Below are positions 1 through 11,364 of a DNA stretch of 64,000 nucleotides, one piece after another. The notes below the pieces were generated by a model. That model was not told where the DNA came from. It saw only the letters and a program-made list of their open reading frames with translations, and made no database searches. Source of the stretch: Eledone cirrhosa (lineage: Eukaryota). The translations under genes were made by a program, and so were the position numbers. Within the stretch, counting starts at the first letter, position 1; each line of letters begins with the position of its first letter. Where the stretch lies: NCBI GenBank assembly GCA_964016885.1, contig OZ024740.1, positions 23,560,001 to 23,624,000 on the forward strand. The letters are read 5' to 3'.

Positions 1-575
1 GCTCGAAAAGAAAGAAAAGACATCACAAAAGCAAAAAACCAGCAAACACTACCACAAACATACAACCACCAACACAAACAACAAAAATATCACAAACAAT
101 ACCCCCACCTCCTGAAAACAAAATACCTACAACAAAACGAAAGCACACACAAGAACTACAGACAAAAACAAACACAACACAAGAAAATTACACTTACACT
201 TACATAAACACTGAAAACAAAACAGTAATGGAGACCATCACGAACGACCCTTCGGTTTTCACCGAAGGGAAAACTTTCGCCCACTCTATAAAAAAAAGCA
301 AAAAACTCAACCTAAAACTGATTAGGGTCCCTATACAAACTTATAGGTCCCTAAAAGAAACATTTGAGAAGGATGTGAGGAATTCCTGCGTGAAACCACT
401 CAACCGCGTCCTTCTCAAATGCCTCCCCACATCAGACACCCCCATCCCACCAGACCCCACCCCACCAAACATCTGCGTCCCCACCCCTCCGGAAACCACC
501 ACCCATCCAGACAACCCCTCCAACACCCCCATGGAAATCGTGCAGCCTGGTCCCCAGGAGGCGAAGGGTGAGTGA
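1..575 (+). pseudogene. C-terminal part of LINE ORF1 (Thr/Pro/Lys-rich), copy 1
   Basis: ORF 228..575 matches the C-terminus of ORF 5572..6405 (…LIRVPIQTYRS…PMEIVQPGPQ) and stops 33 nt before the ORF2 ATG. Confidence 0.85.
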
Positions 576-608
576 TCTCTTTTCCTCTTTTAACTTTTCA
601 GCACCAAC

Positions 609-3600
609 ATGGCCAATATAAGAGTTGGATGTGTGAACGTACGCGGCCTGGGGATGCCCTGGAAACAGGGCAAACTCTTAAACGACCTCAGGTCGCACAG
701 TTTGGATGTGGTAGCCATTTGCGAGTCCAGGATCCACGGCGAGCGACAGCTGGCCCCCATCTTCGATGACTTTGAGATCTACGCATCTCTCTGTCAACCG
801 GGGGATGGGGGCGGAGTTGCCGTTTTGCTGCGGAAACACCTGGGCCTCGTAACACAGACGGTACATCTGGACCCGGAGGGTCGACTGGTGGTCCTAGACG
901 TTGACGGTAGTGAAGGTGGAGCCTTCAGGCTGGTGGCCGCATATGCCCCATCCGGGACACCGCGGCCAGACTTCTTCAAACGTCTAGAGACTTTTATGGG
1001 AACGTCCCGCACCTTGCTTTTAGTGGGGGATTGGAATGGAATCCTAGATGCACGTTGGGACTATGTGGGAGCATGTCCCGAAAAAGGGGGATGTAACAGC
1101 CTCAAACAGTTAATCGACCGATTTGACCTGGCCGATAGATATCGACTAGATTTTCCGACTGCGCCACTGTGGACGTGGAGTAATCGTAACGGAACATCTA
1201 GATCGTACCTAGATAGGGTTCTAGTTAGAAATAAGGATAGGGACATGTTAAGCTGTCCACAAATGTTCATGGTTGCCTATTCAGATCACAAACTAGTGAC
1301 CTGCATGGCCAACCATGATAGAACCCATAGACAAGGACCCGGCTACTGGAAGCTGAACTTGTCGTTACCGACAAGCAAAGCCTACAGTAGACGGATTAGC
1401 ACTAGAAGAGGCAATTAGAAGTGGCAACGTAGCCAGCGTGCTAGCAACGAGAACGGCCTTGGACCAGTTCTTCGACGCAAAGCACGAGGGCTGCGTTGTC
1501 AGAAGCAAAACACGTGCTCTGGGAAACGATGGAGCCAACGCTGTTAGCTGGGCCCGAGTGATGGAGGCAAACAGTGGCAACAAGTCCACGATTCGGTCTT
1601 TGAAGGACCAAAACGGACGCGTGATACGTGAGCCGAAGCAGATGTGTGCGGCTTTTCAGCGGCACTTTGCTCGGCTGTTCGGGGGGAGCGGCGCGCCGGG
1701 AGAGTCTATGGATTTCGGTCCATACCTCGACGGCCTACCGCGACTCTCGGACAGTGAGGCGAAGTTCTGCGAAAAGCCGATTTCAGCCACTGAGATAGGG
1801 GACGCGCTGAGCCAATGCGGCAAACGCAAATCTCCAGGTCTCGACGGTCTACACTACGAATTCTACGTAGCAATGCCGGACTTATTCTCCGGTATCCTGG
1901 AAGCGGTCTACTGCAACTGGCAACAAAACGGGAGAATTCCCAGTTCTGTAACCGGGGGCGTGGTCACACTAATCAGGAAGGACGAGAATAAGGGGGATGA
2001 TATAGGCAACTTCCGGCCCATAACTCTGCTAAACACAGAGTTACAGATTTTGGCCAAGGTGTTGGCAAAGAGGCTGGCGCTTGTCGTCGAGAATCTGGTG
2101 GGAGAAGCGCAGACATGCGCGATCCCGACCAGGTCCATACACGACAATCTCCACCTCATGCGATACATCATAGAGAGGGTAGGGTGTAAACCCGGCTTCG
2201 GTGGGGCCCTGATCAACTTGGATCAGTCTAAGGCTTTCGATAGGGTTGACCATCGTTACCTGGATGCGGTGCTCGAGGCGTCAGGCTTCGGACACGTGTT
2301 CAGGGGCTGGATTGCTGCAATGCACAACAGCAACATCTGCTCAAGGGTCAAGGTGAACGGTCACCTCTCGGAGCCGTTCCATATTACGCGATCCATTCGA
2401 CAGGGATGCCCTCTCTCCTCCCTTCTGTACGTACTGACTCTCGAGCCACTACTGCGGAAGCTGGAGCTATTGCAGGGCATCCCTCTGGAACCGGGACTGC
2501 GGAAAGCGGCGTCGGCCTACGCCGACGACGTGACAGTAATGGTGTCGAGCGCCTCGCAAATCGAGGAAGACGGCACCTTACTAAAGGAATACGAAAGTCT
2601 CACAGGAGCGAAGCTGAACCGGGACAAGTCCATCGGTTTGCAACTCGGATCGTGCAGAGGCAGACCGATGCCTTCCGATGGCGTCGTCGGACGCTGGACG
2701 GAAGGACCGGTAAAGCTGCTCGGGGTCTGGTTTGGTCCGGACCTCCAGGTGGAGAATAACTGGAACGAAGTGACGGCCAAGGTGTTTGCACTCACCCAGA
2801 AGTGGGCCGAATGCAAACTATCCTTGAAAGGTCGAGCGGAGGTGGCGAACACTTTTATAGCGTCCGCCATCTACTACAGCTTGACCGTCGTGCCTTGTCC
2901 AGCCAAAACGCTCGCCAAAATGGAGCGCGCCCTCTTCCGATTCCTTTGGAAGAGGCGGGCTCCTTTGGTAAGAAGATCCATCTGCTGCCAACACCCTTCT
3001 AACGGAGGGCTAGGGATGCCGTGGTTGACGATGCGCAAACACGCGCTCAGGCTGCGGCATCTCTACGTATTCCTCACCGGACAACCGGTGTGGGCTCCGT
3101 TCGTGAGGCGAGCCTTCCCACGACTCGTCTCGCTGACCGAGCTGCAGTCCTGGGTCAAGCAGAGACCGAGGAAAATGGGCAACTGGCACATCGAATGTGC
3201 TCGTGCGCTCACAGCCCTCTGGCAGCCGGACCCGGCGATCAGTGGAGACTCCACTTCGTCATTCTATAGAGGGTTGGTCCGCAGCAAGTGCGACGACGCG
3301 CTCGGTGAAACTCTAGGCGTAGAGAAATATGAACTGGCCAGTCTGTTCGGTAGGACCTTCCGCCCGGGACCGATGGACAACTTCCAAAAGACCCTGGCCT
3401 GGCAGTGCTACCGAGGAGCTCTACCAGTTCGAGACAAGCTCTACAGACATGGGCGCCCGGGAAGGGACCCTGCAAAAAAGATCTGTCCGAGGTGCGTGCG
3501 AGACGAAGAAACCGTCGCGCACGCATTCATACACTGCCCGGGCGTCACTGACCTGTGGGGCTATGTAGAACGACTATTATCGCGGGTGGGACCAATCCAG

Positions 3601-3900
3601 TTGACCACCGAGTCCATTGTCATGATCAAACCGCCACCCTCCTTCAAAAACGAAGGAGAGGCGGTTTTCCTTTGTGTGAAAGCTATGGCGAAAGAGGTTG
3701 TATGGTGGACAAGGTTGAAAGGGCTGAGGTCAGACACCTTTCTCTCCGGCCAACAACTGATTCTTTTTTTCAAATACCACTTTGGAAGAAGAATCATGAT
3801 GGAGAGAGAGGTGCTGTACCCCAGCAAGTTTTATGAAAGGTGGGTGAAAGTGGCGAGAATGGCCCGAGTGAATGGGCCTTCTCTCTATATCAGCCTGTAG
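609..3900 (+). pseudogene. LINE ORF2 (APE endonuclease-reverse transcriptase), frameshifted by an internal deletion
   Basis: APE motifs GCVNVRG, GDWN, YLDRVL, SDH (609..1418). RT motifs SPGLDG, NFRPITLLN, DQSKAFDRVDH, QGCPLS, YADD and C-terminal CPRC-x8-H-x4-C (1438..3900). About 130 bp present in copy 2 (about 7234-7362) is missing at about 1403. Confidence 0.93.
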
Positions 3901-4137
3901 GTTGAGGAAAAGGAGGAGGAGAGGAAAGGAGTACAAGCTCTTCGTACTCCTGGAGATGAGGGTTGCACATTTTTTTTCGGGGGTATGTGTTACCCATATA
4001 AACTGTCTCCCTCTATTGGGGAAAATCGACTAACTTTTAAATTCCATCTGTGATAACATTTTACACGTTTTTATTGTATGTAAACTTCCCCCTTTGTATT
4101 TGTCCCCTTCTTTTGTGCCCCTGTGGCTAATAAAGAA

Positions 4138-4140
4138 ATA

Positions 4141-4200
<60 letters not shown>

Positions 4201-4228
4201 AATATATATATATATATATATATATCTC
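4138..4228. repeat. (TATC)n + (TA)n microsatellite between the two LINE copies
   Basis: Direct reading of the sequence. Confidence 0.95.
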
Positions 4229-4461
4229 TACCAGACGTGTGTAACTTCGCGGAGAATTTTCCGTTATTTTATGTAAGAAAAAAACGTGAGTTTTCAGTTA
4301 AATTTTATATTATTGTGTAACTTGACACCCCCCCCCCCCCCATCTGGACCTTCAGGGGGTGGGTCAACTCATTTTCGCCCCTACAGGGGCGAAATATTCG
4401 TTTGAAAAATTTTTTCTCCATCGAATTTTTGAAAAAGTATCGTAAGAAGTTTGATTACGTT

Positions 4462-6405
4462 ATGAACATTGCGTTCAACGATAATATTGGTGGAGAGTCG
4501 GTAAGACTACATAGCACGGAGTCAACATCGTCTTCTTCCCTAGATACTATGGAGATGGAAAGACGAAATGAAATTGTAAAAACAAAATTCATATCCAAAC
4601 AACACAAATGACACCAAACAAATCAATGACACCAAAAATAACAACAACAACACCAATAATGATGATAAAAACAACAATGACAACAACAAAAAATAAAAAA
4701 AATAAAGACAACACCAATAACACCAGCATCAAAGACAACAACACCAACACCAACACCAAGGAAAATACGAATAATATCAACATCAGTGACTACAAGAATA
4801 ACAACAAGAATAACAACAACAATAACAACAATAATGACAACACCACCAACACGGATTCCACAAAAGAAACCAAACATCTCCTTTGCAGAGAAAGTAAAAA
4901 AAAGGAGGAACTGACATATCTCGGCATAACAAATGCCGAACAACTTTTAAAGGACGCTAGGAGATATGTCACTTTCGAAAAAAATGGTGCTTTCAGCATC
5001 AATTCTCCGGTAGAAATTCGCAAGGATACTGCTCTCAAAACGATAGTTTTTAGGACAGTTCCCAATTCTACCCGAAAATCAGTCCAATTGTCACAGAAAG
5101 AAATTGAACTGGTTTTCAAAAATTCAATGAATGATATTTCATTCATTCAAAGAAGCAAACTCTTTGGGAGTATTTCGGTACTCATGAAGGATCAATTGAC
5201 GGCCCAAAATTACTCTGTGTCGCCAATTGTATCCAACCTGTATACCTTTTTTCCCTACATACATGGGAAAAAGGACACAAAAGATTAAAATCACGAGTGT
5301 CACACCAAAGGTGAACATATGGTGGATAATGTGCGGCTTCATCAATTTTGATGAAGACAGAATACTGTCAGTAGGAAAGTCCCTCAGAGATGTATTCAAT
5401 AGGACTAGCGTTGAAGTTCTGGTGCAAATGAGCCCAGAGCGAATAGCTATGATCCCACAACGTGTACTCCTGGACGAACTCACCTACATAAACTTTTAGG
5501 TTGAGGGTAGGCGGCCTTCATGTTACCATTGCTTTAGCAGGGGTCACCTGAGGGCTTCCTGTCCTAAATTAATGAGTAAAAAAAAGGCTCTTCTACCGAC
5601 ACCCATCAAAACAACACAACCACAAACACCACCACAACAACAACAGCACCAACACACAAAAATAACCACAACAAACACAGTCCCACCCAACCCGACTCCA
5701 CCTAAAACCACTGCAAAATCACATACAGACACAACAGCTCACCAAGACATACACCTCCCCAATCACACAGACGATACAACAGATGAGGCTATCTCGCCAT
5801 CACCCAGTGAAGACGAGGGAGAACCCGATCGCTCGAAAAGAAACAAAAGACATCACAAAAGCAAAAAACCAGCAAACACTACCACAAACATACAACCACC
5901 AACACAAACAACAAAAACATCACAAACAAAACCCCCACCTCCTAAAAACAAAATACCTACAACAAAACGAAAGCACACACAAGAACTACAGACAAAAACA
6001 AACACAACACAAGAAAATTACACTTACACTTACATAAACACTGAAAACAAAACACTAATGGGGACCATCACGAACAACCCTTCGGTGAAAACCGAAGGGA
6101 AAACTTTCGTCCACTCTATTAAAAATAACATAAAAATGAACCTAGAACTGATTAGGGTCCCTATACAAACTTATAGGTCCAAAAAAGTAACATTTGAAAA
6201 GGATGTGGGGAATTCCTGCGTGAAACCACTTAACCACGTCCTTCTCAAATGTCTCCCCACATCAGACACCCCCATCCCACCAGACTCCACCTCACCAAAC
6301 ATCTCCGTCCCCACCCCGCCGGAAACAATCACCCACCCAGACAACCCCTCCAAAACCCCCATGGAAATCGTGCAGCCTGGTCCCCAGGATACGAAGGGTG
6401 AGTGA
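4462..6405 (+). pseudogene. LINE ORF1 (gag-like, CCHC zinc knuckle), disrupted
   Basis: Pieces 4402..4611, 4608..5288, 5227..5499 and 5572..6405. Reading through the TAG at 5497-5499 gives VEGRRPS-CYHCFSRGHLRASC (CX2CX4HX4C at 5521-5562) in frame with the 5572 ORF. The start codon is uncertain. Confidence 0.8.
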
Positions 6406-6438
6406 TCACTTTTCCTCTTTTAACTTTTCAGCACCAAC

Positions 6439-9400
6439 ATGGCCAATATAAGAGTTGGATGTTCGAACGTATGCGGCCTGGGGATGCCCTGGAAACAGGG
6501 CAAACACTTAAACGACCTCAGGTCGCACAGTATGGATGTGGAGGCCATTTGCGAGTCCAGGATCCACATCGAGCGACAGCTGGCCCCCATCTTCGATGAC
6601 TTTGAGATCTACGCATCTCCCTGTCAACCGGGGGGTGGGGGCGGGGTTGCCGTTTTGCTGCGGAAACACCTGGGCCTCGTAACACAGACGGTACATCTGG
6701 ACCCGGAGGGTCGACTTGTGGTCCTAGACGTTAACGGTATTGAAGGTGGAGCCTTCAGGCTGGTGGCCGCATATGCCCCATCCGGGACACCCCGGCCAGA
6801 CTTCTTCAAACGTCTAGAGACTTTTCTGGGAACGTCCCGCTCCTTGATTTTAGTGGGGGACTGGAATGGAATCCTAGATGCACGTTGGGACTATGTGGGA
6901 TCATGTCCCGATAGAGGGGAGTGTAACAGCCTCAAACAGTTAATCGACCGATTTGACCTGGCCGATAGATACCGACAAGATTTTCCGACTGTGCCACTGT
7001 GGACGTGAACTAAACTCGGCGGAACATCTAGATCGTACCTAGATAGGGTTCTAGTTAGAAATAAGGATAGGGACATGTTAAGCTGTCCACAAATGTTCAT
7101 GGTTGCCTATTCAGATCACAAACTAGTGACCTGCATGGCCAACCTTGATAGAAGCCATAGACAAGGACCCGGCTACTGGAAGCTGAACTTGTCGTTACCG
7201 ACAAGCAAAGCCTACAGTAGACGGATTAGCACTTGACAGGGGCCATTTTCAACAACAGATGGTGGTACTCTCTCAAGAGTGCAGTTAGATTAGACTCGTT
7301 AGTTTTTAGTAAAGAATTAGCGTTAGATAGAAATAGAACCGAGAAGGAACTGGTAGATAAAGTAGAAGAGGCAATTAGAAGTGGAAACACAGCCAACGTG
7401 CTAGCAACGAGAACAGCCTTGGACCAGTTCTTCGACGCAAAGCACGAGGGCTGCGTGGTCAGAAGCAAAATACGTGCTCTGGGAAACGAGGGAGCCAAAG
7501 CTGTTAGCTGGGCCCGCGTGACGGAGGCAAACAGTGGCAACAAGTCCACAATTCGGTCTTTGAAGGACCAAAACGGACGCGTGATACGTGAGCCGAAGCA
7601 GATGTGTGCGGCCTTTCAGCGGCACTTTGCTCAACTGTTCGGGCGGGGCGGGGCGCCGGGAGGGGCTATGGATTTCGGTCCATAACTCGACGGCCTACCG
7701 CGACTCTCGGACAGCGAGGGAAAGTTTTACGAAAAGCCGATTTCAGCCGCTGAGATAGGGAACGCGCTGAGCCAATGCGGCAAACGCAAATCTCCAGGTC
7801 TCGACGGTCTACCCTACTAATTCTACGTAGCAATGCCGAACTTATTCTCCGGTTTCCTGGAAGCGGTCTACTGCAATTGGCAACAGAGCGGGAGAATTTC
7901 CAGTTCTGTAACGGGGGCGTAGTCACACTAGTCAGGAAGGACGAGAATAAGGAGGATGACATAAGCAACTTCCGGCCCATAACTCTGCTAAACACAGAGT
8001 TACAGATTTTGGCCAAGGTGTTGGCAAAGGGGCTGGCGCTTGTCGTCGAGAACCTGGTGGGAGAAGCGCAGACATGCGCAATCCCGACCAGGTCCATACA
8101 CGACAACCTCCACATCATGCGATACATCATAGAGAGGGTAGGGTGTAAACCCGGCTTCTGTGGGGCCCTGATCAACTTGGATCAGCCTAAGGCTTTCGAT
8201 AGGGTTGACCATCGTTACCTGGATGCGCCGTGTTCAGGGGCTGGATTGCTGCAATGCACAACAGCAACATCTGCTCAAGGGTCAAGGTGAACGGCTACCT
8301 CTCGGAGCCGTTCCATATTACGCGATCCATTCGACAGGGATGCCCTCTCTCCTTCCTTCTGTACGTACTGACTCTCGAGCCACTACTGCGGAAGTTGGGG
8401 CTATTGCAGGGCATCCCTCTGGAACCGGGACTGCGGAAAGCGGCGTCGACCTACGCCGATGACGTGACAGTAATGGTGTCGAGAACCTCGCAAATAGAGG
8501 AAGTCGGCACCTTACTGAAGGAATACGAAAGTTTCACAGGAGCGAAGCTGAACCGGGACAAGTCCATCGGTTTGCAACTCGGATCGTGGAGAGGCAAACC
8601 GATGCCTTCCGATGACGTCGTCGGACGCTGGACGGAAGGACCGGTAAAGCTGCTCGGGGTCTGGTTTGGTCCGGACCTCCAGGTTGAGAAGAACTGGAAC
8701 GAAGTGACCGCCAAATGTTTGCACTCACCCAGAAGTGGGCCGAATGCAAACTATCCTTGAAAGGTCGAGCGGAGGTGGCGAATACTTTTATAGCGTCCGC
8801 CATCTACTACCGCTTGACCGTCGTGCCCTGTCAGCCAAAACGCTCGCCAAAATGGTGCGCGCGCTCTTCCAATTCCTTTGGAAGAGGCGGGCTCCTTTGG
8901 TGAGAAGATCCATCTGCTGCCAACGCCCTTCCAACGGAGGGCTGGGGATGCCATGGTTGAAGATGCGCAAACACGCGCTGAGGCTGCGGCATCTCTACGT
9001 ATTCCTCACCGGACAACTGGTGAGGGCCCCGTTCGTGAGGCGAGCCTTCCCACGACTCGTCTCGCTGACCGAGTTGCAGTCCTGGGTCAAGCAAAGACCG
9101 AGGAAAATGGGCGACTGGCACATCGAATGTGCTCAGGCGCTCACAGCCCTCTCGCAGGCGGACCCGGCGATCAGTGGAGACTCCTCTTCGTCATTATATA
9201 GAGGGTTGATCCGCAGCAAATGCGACGACGCGCTCGGTGAAACTCTAGGCGTAGAGAAATATGAACTGGCCAGTCTGTTCGGTTGGACCTTCCGCCCGGG
9301 ACCGATGGACAACTTCCAAAAGTCCCTGGCCTGGCAGTGCTACCGAGGAGCTCTACCAGTTCGAGACAATCTCTACAATCATGGGCGTCCGGGCAGGGAC

Positions 9401-9832
9401 CCTGCAAAAAAGATCTGTCCGATGTGCGTGCGTAACGAAGAAACCGTGGCGCACGCATTCATACGCTGCCCGGGCGTCACTGACCTGTGGGGCTATGTAG
9501 AACGACTATTGTCGTGGGTGGGACCAATCCGGTTGACCACCGAGTCCATTGTCATGATCAAACCGCCACCCTCCTTCAAAAACGAAGGAGAGGCAGTTTT
9601 CCTTTGTGTGATAGCTATGGCGAAAGTGGTTGTATGGTGGACACGGTTGAAAGGGCTGAGGTCAGACACATTTCTCTCCGGCCAACAACTGATTCTTTTT
9701 TTCAAATACCACTTTGGAAGAAGAATCAGGACTAAGAGAGAGGTGCTGTACCCCAGCAAGTTTTATGAATTGTGGGTGAAAGTGGCGAGAATGGCCCGAG
9801 TAAATTGGCCTTCGCTCTATATCAGCCTGTAG
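6439..9832 (+). pseudogene. LINE ORF2 (APE-RT), multiple stops and frameshifts
   Basis: Fragments 6439..7008, 7233..7685, 7775..8290, 8230..8760 and 8735..9832 align to copy 1 ORF2; YADD is retained. Confidence 0.92.
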
Positions 9833-10202
9833 GTTGAGGAAAAGGAGGAAGAGAGGAAAGGAGTACAAGCTCTTCGTACTCCTGGAGATGAGGGTTGCAC
9901 ATTTTTTCGGGTGTATGTGTTACCCATATGAACTGTCTCCCCCTATTGGGGAAAATCGACTAATTTTTTAAATTGCATTTGTGATAACATTTTACACGTT
10001 TTTATTGTATGTAAACTTCCCCCTTTGTATTTGTCCCCTTCTTTTGTGCTCCTGTGTCTAATAAAAAAAACATATCTATCTATCGATCTATCTATATTCT
10101 TCCTGTATCTCTCCTTCCCGCCCCTCTCTCTCTCTTCCGACCACTCTCTCTCTCTCTCTCTCTGTATATATACATCTCTCTCTCTACATATATATATATA
10201 TA

Positions 10203-10398
10203 TATATCAACTAGAAATTGATTGACATATAAATATATCTAAAATAAACATATGAAACAATCACAGGGGATAATTTATTTAGTTACCTACTTAGCTATGT
10301 GTGCTTACACATTTTTACAAATTATCACAATCCCCTGTCATTGTTTCATATGTTTATTTTAGTTATATTTATATGTCAATCAATTTCTAGTTGATATA
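10203..10398. repeat. Fold-back inverted repeat (about 69-bp arms)
   Basis: 10203-10271 is the reverse complement of 10330-10398, with few mismatches. Confidence 0.9.
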
Positions 10399-10509
10399 AA
10401 ATGCTCGGATTTCTTCACTGGAATCTTGGAGCATATTTTACTGGTGATATGGCGCATGTCTATCTGACATGACACCCTTAATTTAAATTAATTTTGGATA
10501 TATATATAT

Positions 10510-11035
10510 ATATATATATGAATGTATATATAGTGTATTTTGCAATACACTGTGTGCTAAATTAAAAGCATTTTGAAGACCTTACGCTATAGTTTTAAAG
10601 TAGTGACTATGTCACTTACTTCTTTTTTCAACAAACAAAGTGTGTATACAGTGTATTGCAAAATATATTGTATATACCTTCATATATATATCGCTATTTC
10701 AGAGCACCAGTTCTAATTTTCAATTGTTGCTGGACCGGCAACCACTCTGTGTAATCAGTTCCTATTATTACTGGAATTCTATAAGAATCCAACATTCATA
10801 ATTTTCAACAAACAAGGGGAGTGCTAAGCTCTGAGGAATACCAACAGTATGAAACAGAGATCTGTCAGCTTATCTCTCTTAGTTTGTTGTAAAAAGAAGT
10901 GACGTAGTCACTACTTTAAAACAATAGCATAAGGTCTTCAAAATGCTTTTAATTAGGCATACAGTGTATTACCAAATACACTATATATACATTCATATAT
11001 ATATATATCGCTATTTCAGAGCACCAATTCTAACT
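10510..11035. mobile_element. PLE pseudo-LTR-like remnant with inverted and partial tandem duplication, containing a hammerhead
   Basis: About 10513-10635 is inverted relative to about 10881-11000; TATCGCTATTTCAGAGCACCA is repeated directly at about 10688 and about 11005; flanked by (TA)n; HHR at 10825-10872. Confidence 0.7.
10825..10872 (+). ncRNA. Type-I hammerhead ribozyme motif
   Basis: TAAGCT-CTGAGGA-ATAC(caaca)GTAT-GAAA-CAG(agat)CTG-TC-AGCTTA: stems I, II and III all pair, CUGANGA and GAAA are intact, and the cleavage triplet is GUC (10864-10866). Confidence 0.88.
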
Positions 11036-11129
11036 ATATATATATATCCCGTTAAGGGTGAAAGCAGTGATTCTTTGCTTAAACTTTAATCTGTTTCTTT
11101 AATAAATAAATATATATATATATTTCGTT

Positions 11130-11364
11130 TCTGAATTTGTTTAGCAAGATTCTTTATCTGAAATCGTGTGTTGAAACCGATATTGTTATACTTTGGGAGG
11201 GTCATGTTGCCAATATCAAGATAGTAGAAAGACCAGGTACCTCCGTAAAAACACTTATTAGCAAGACATACCCGTTCCAAAGACCCTCATGTATAGATAA
11301 GAAATGTATAACCTGTAAAATAAACCCCCATATTAACTGTAAAACTAAAAATGTAGTGTATAGC
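11130..11364 (+). mobile_element. Penelope-like element fragment: inverted pLTR end joined to the linker/GIY-YIG start
   Basis: Translation IKIVERPGTSVKTLISKTYPF…CIDKKCITCKINPHINCKTKNVVYS is homologous to the PLE ORF near 35760-35910. 11181-11205 is the reverse complement of the pLTR end at about 36720-36743. Confidence 0.85.

Larger units (their letters stand above)
1..4140 (+). mobile_element. L1/Tx1-type non-LTR retrotransposon, copy 1 (5' part outside window, decayed)
   Basis: End of ORF1, then ORF2 with APE endonuclease, RT and C-terminal Cys/His motif, then a 3' UTR with AATAAA near 4129 followed by (TATC)n. Co-linear and highly similar to copy 2 at an offset of about 5.83-5.93 kb. Confidence 0.95.
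4229..10072 (+). mobile_element. L1/Tx1-type non-LTR retrotransposon, copy 2 (apparently full length, decayed)
   Basis: 5' UTR from about 4229, disrupted ORF1 with zinc knuckle, disrupted ORF2, 3' UTR ending AATAAAAAAAA and then a TATC-like tract. Confidence 0.93.

Noticed and set aside
341-9868. Short alternative-frame and antisense ORFs inside the LINEs
   Set aside because: Shadows of the GC-richer ORF1/ORF2 sequence; they recur only because the element is duplicated.
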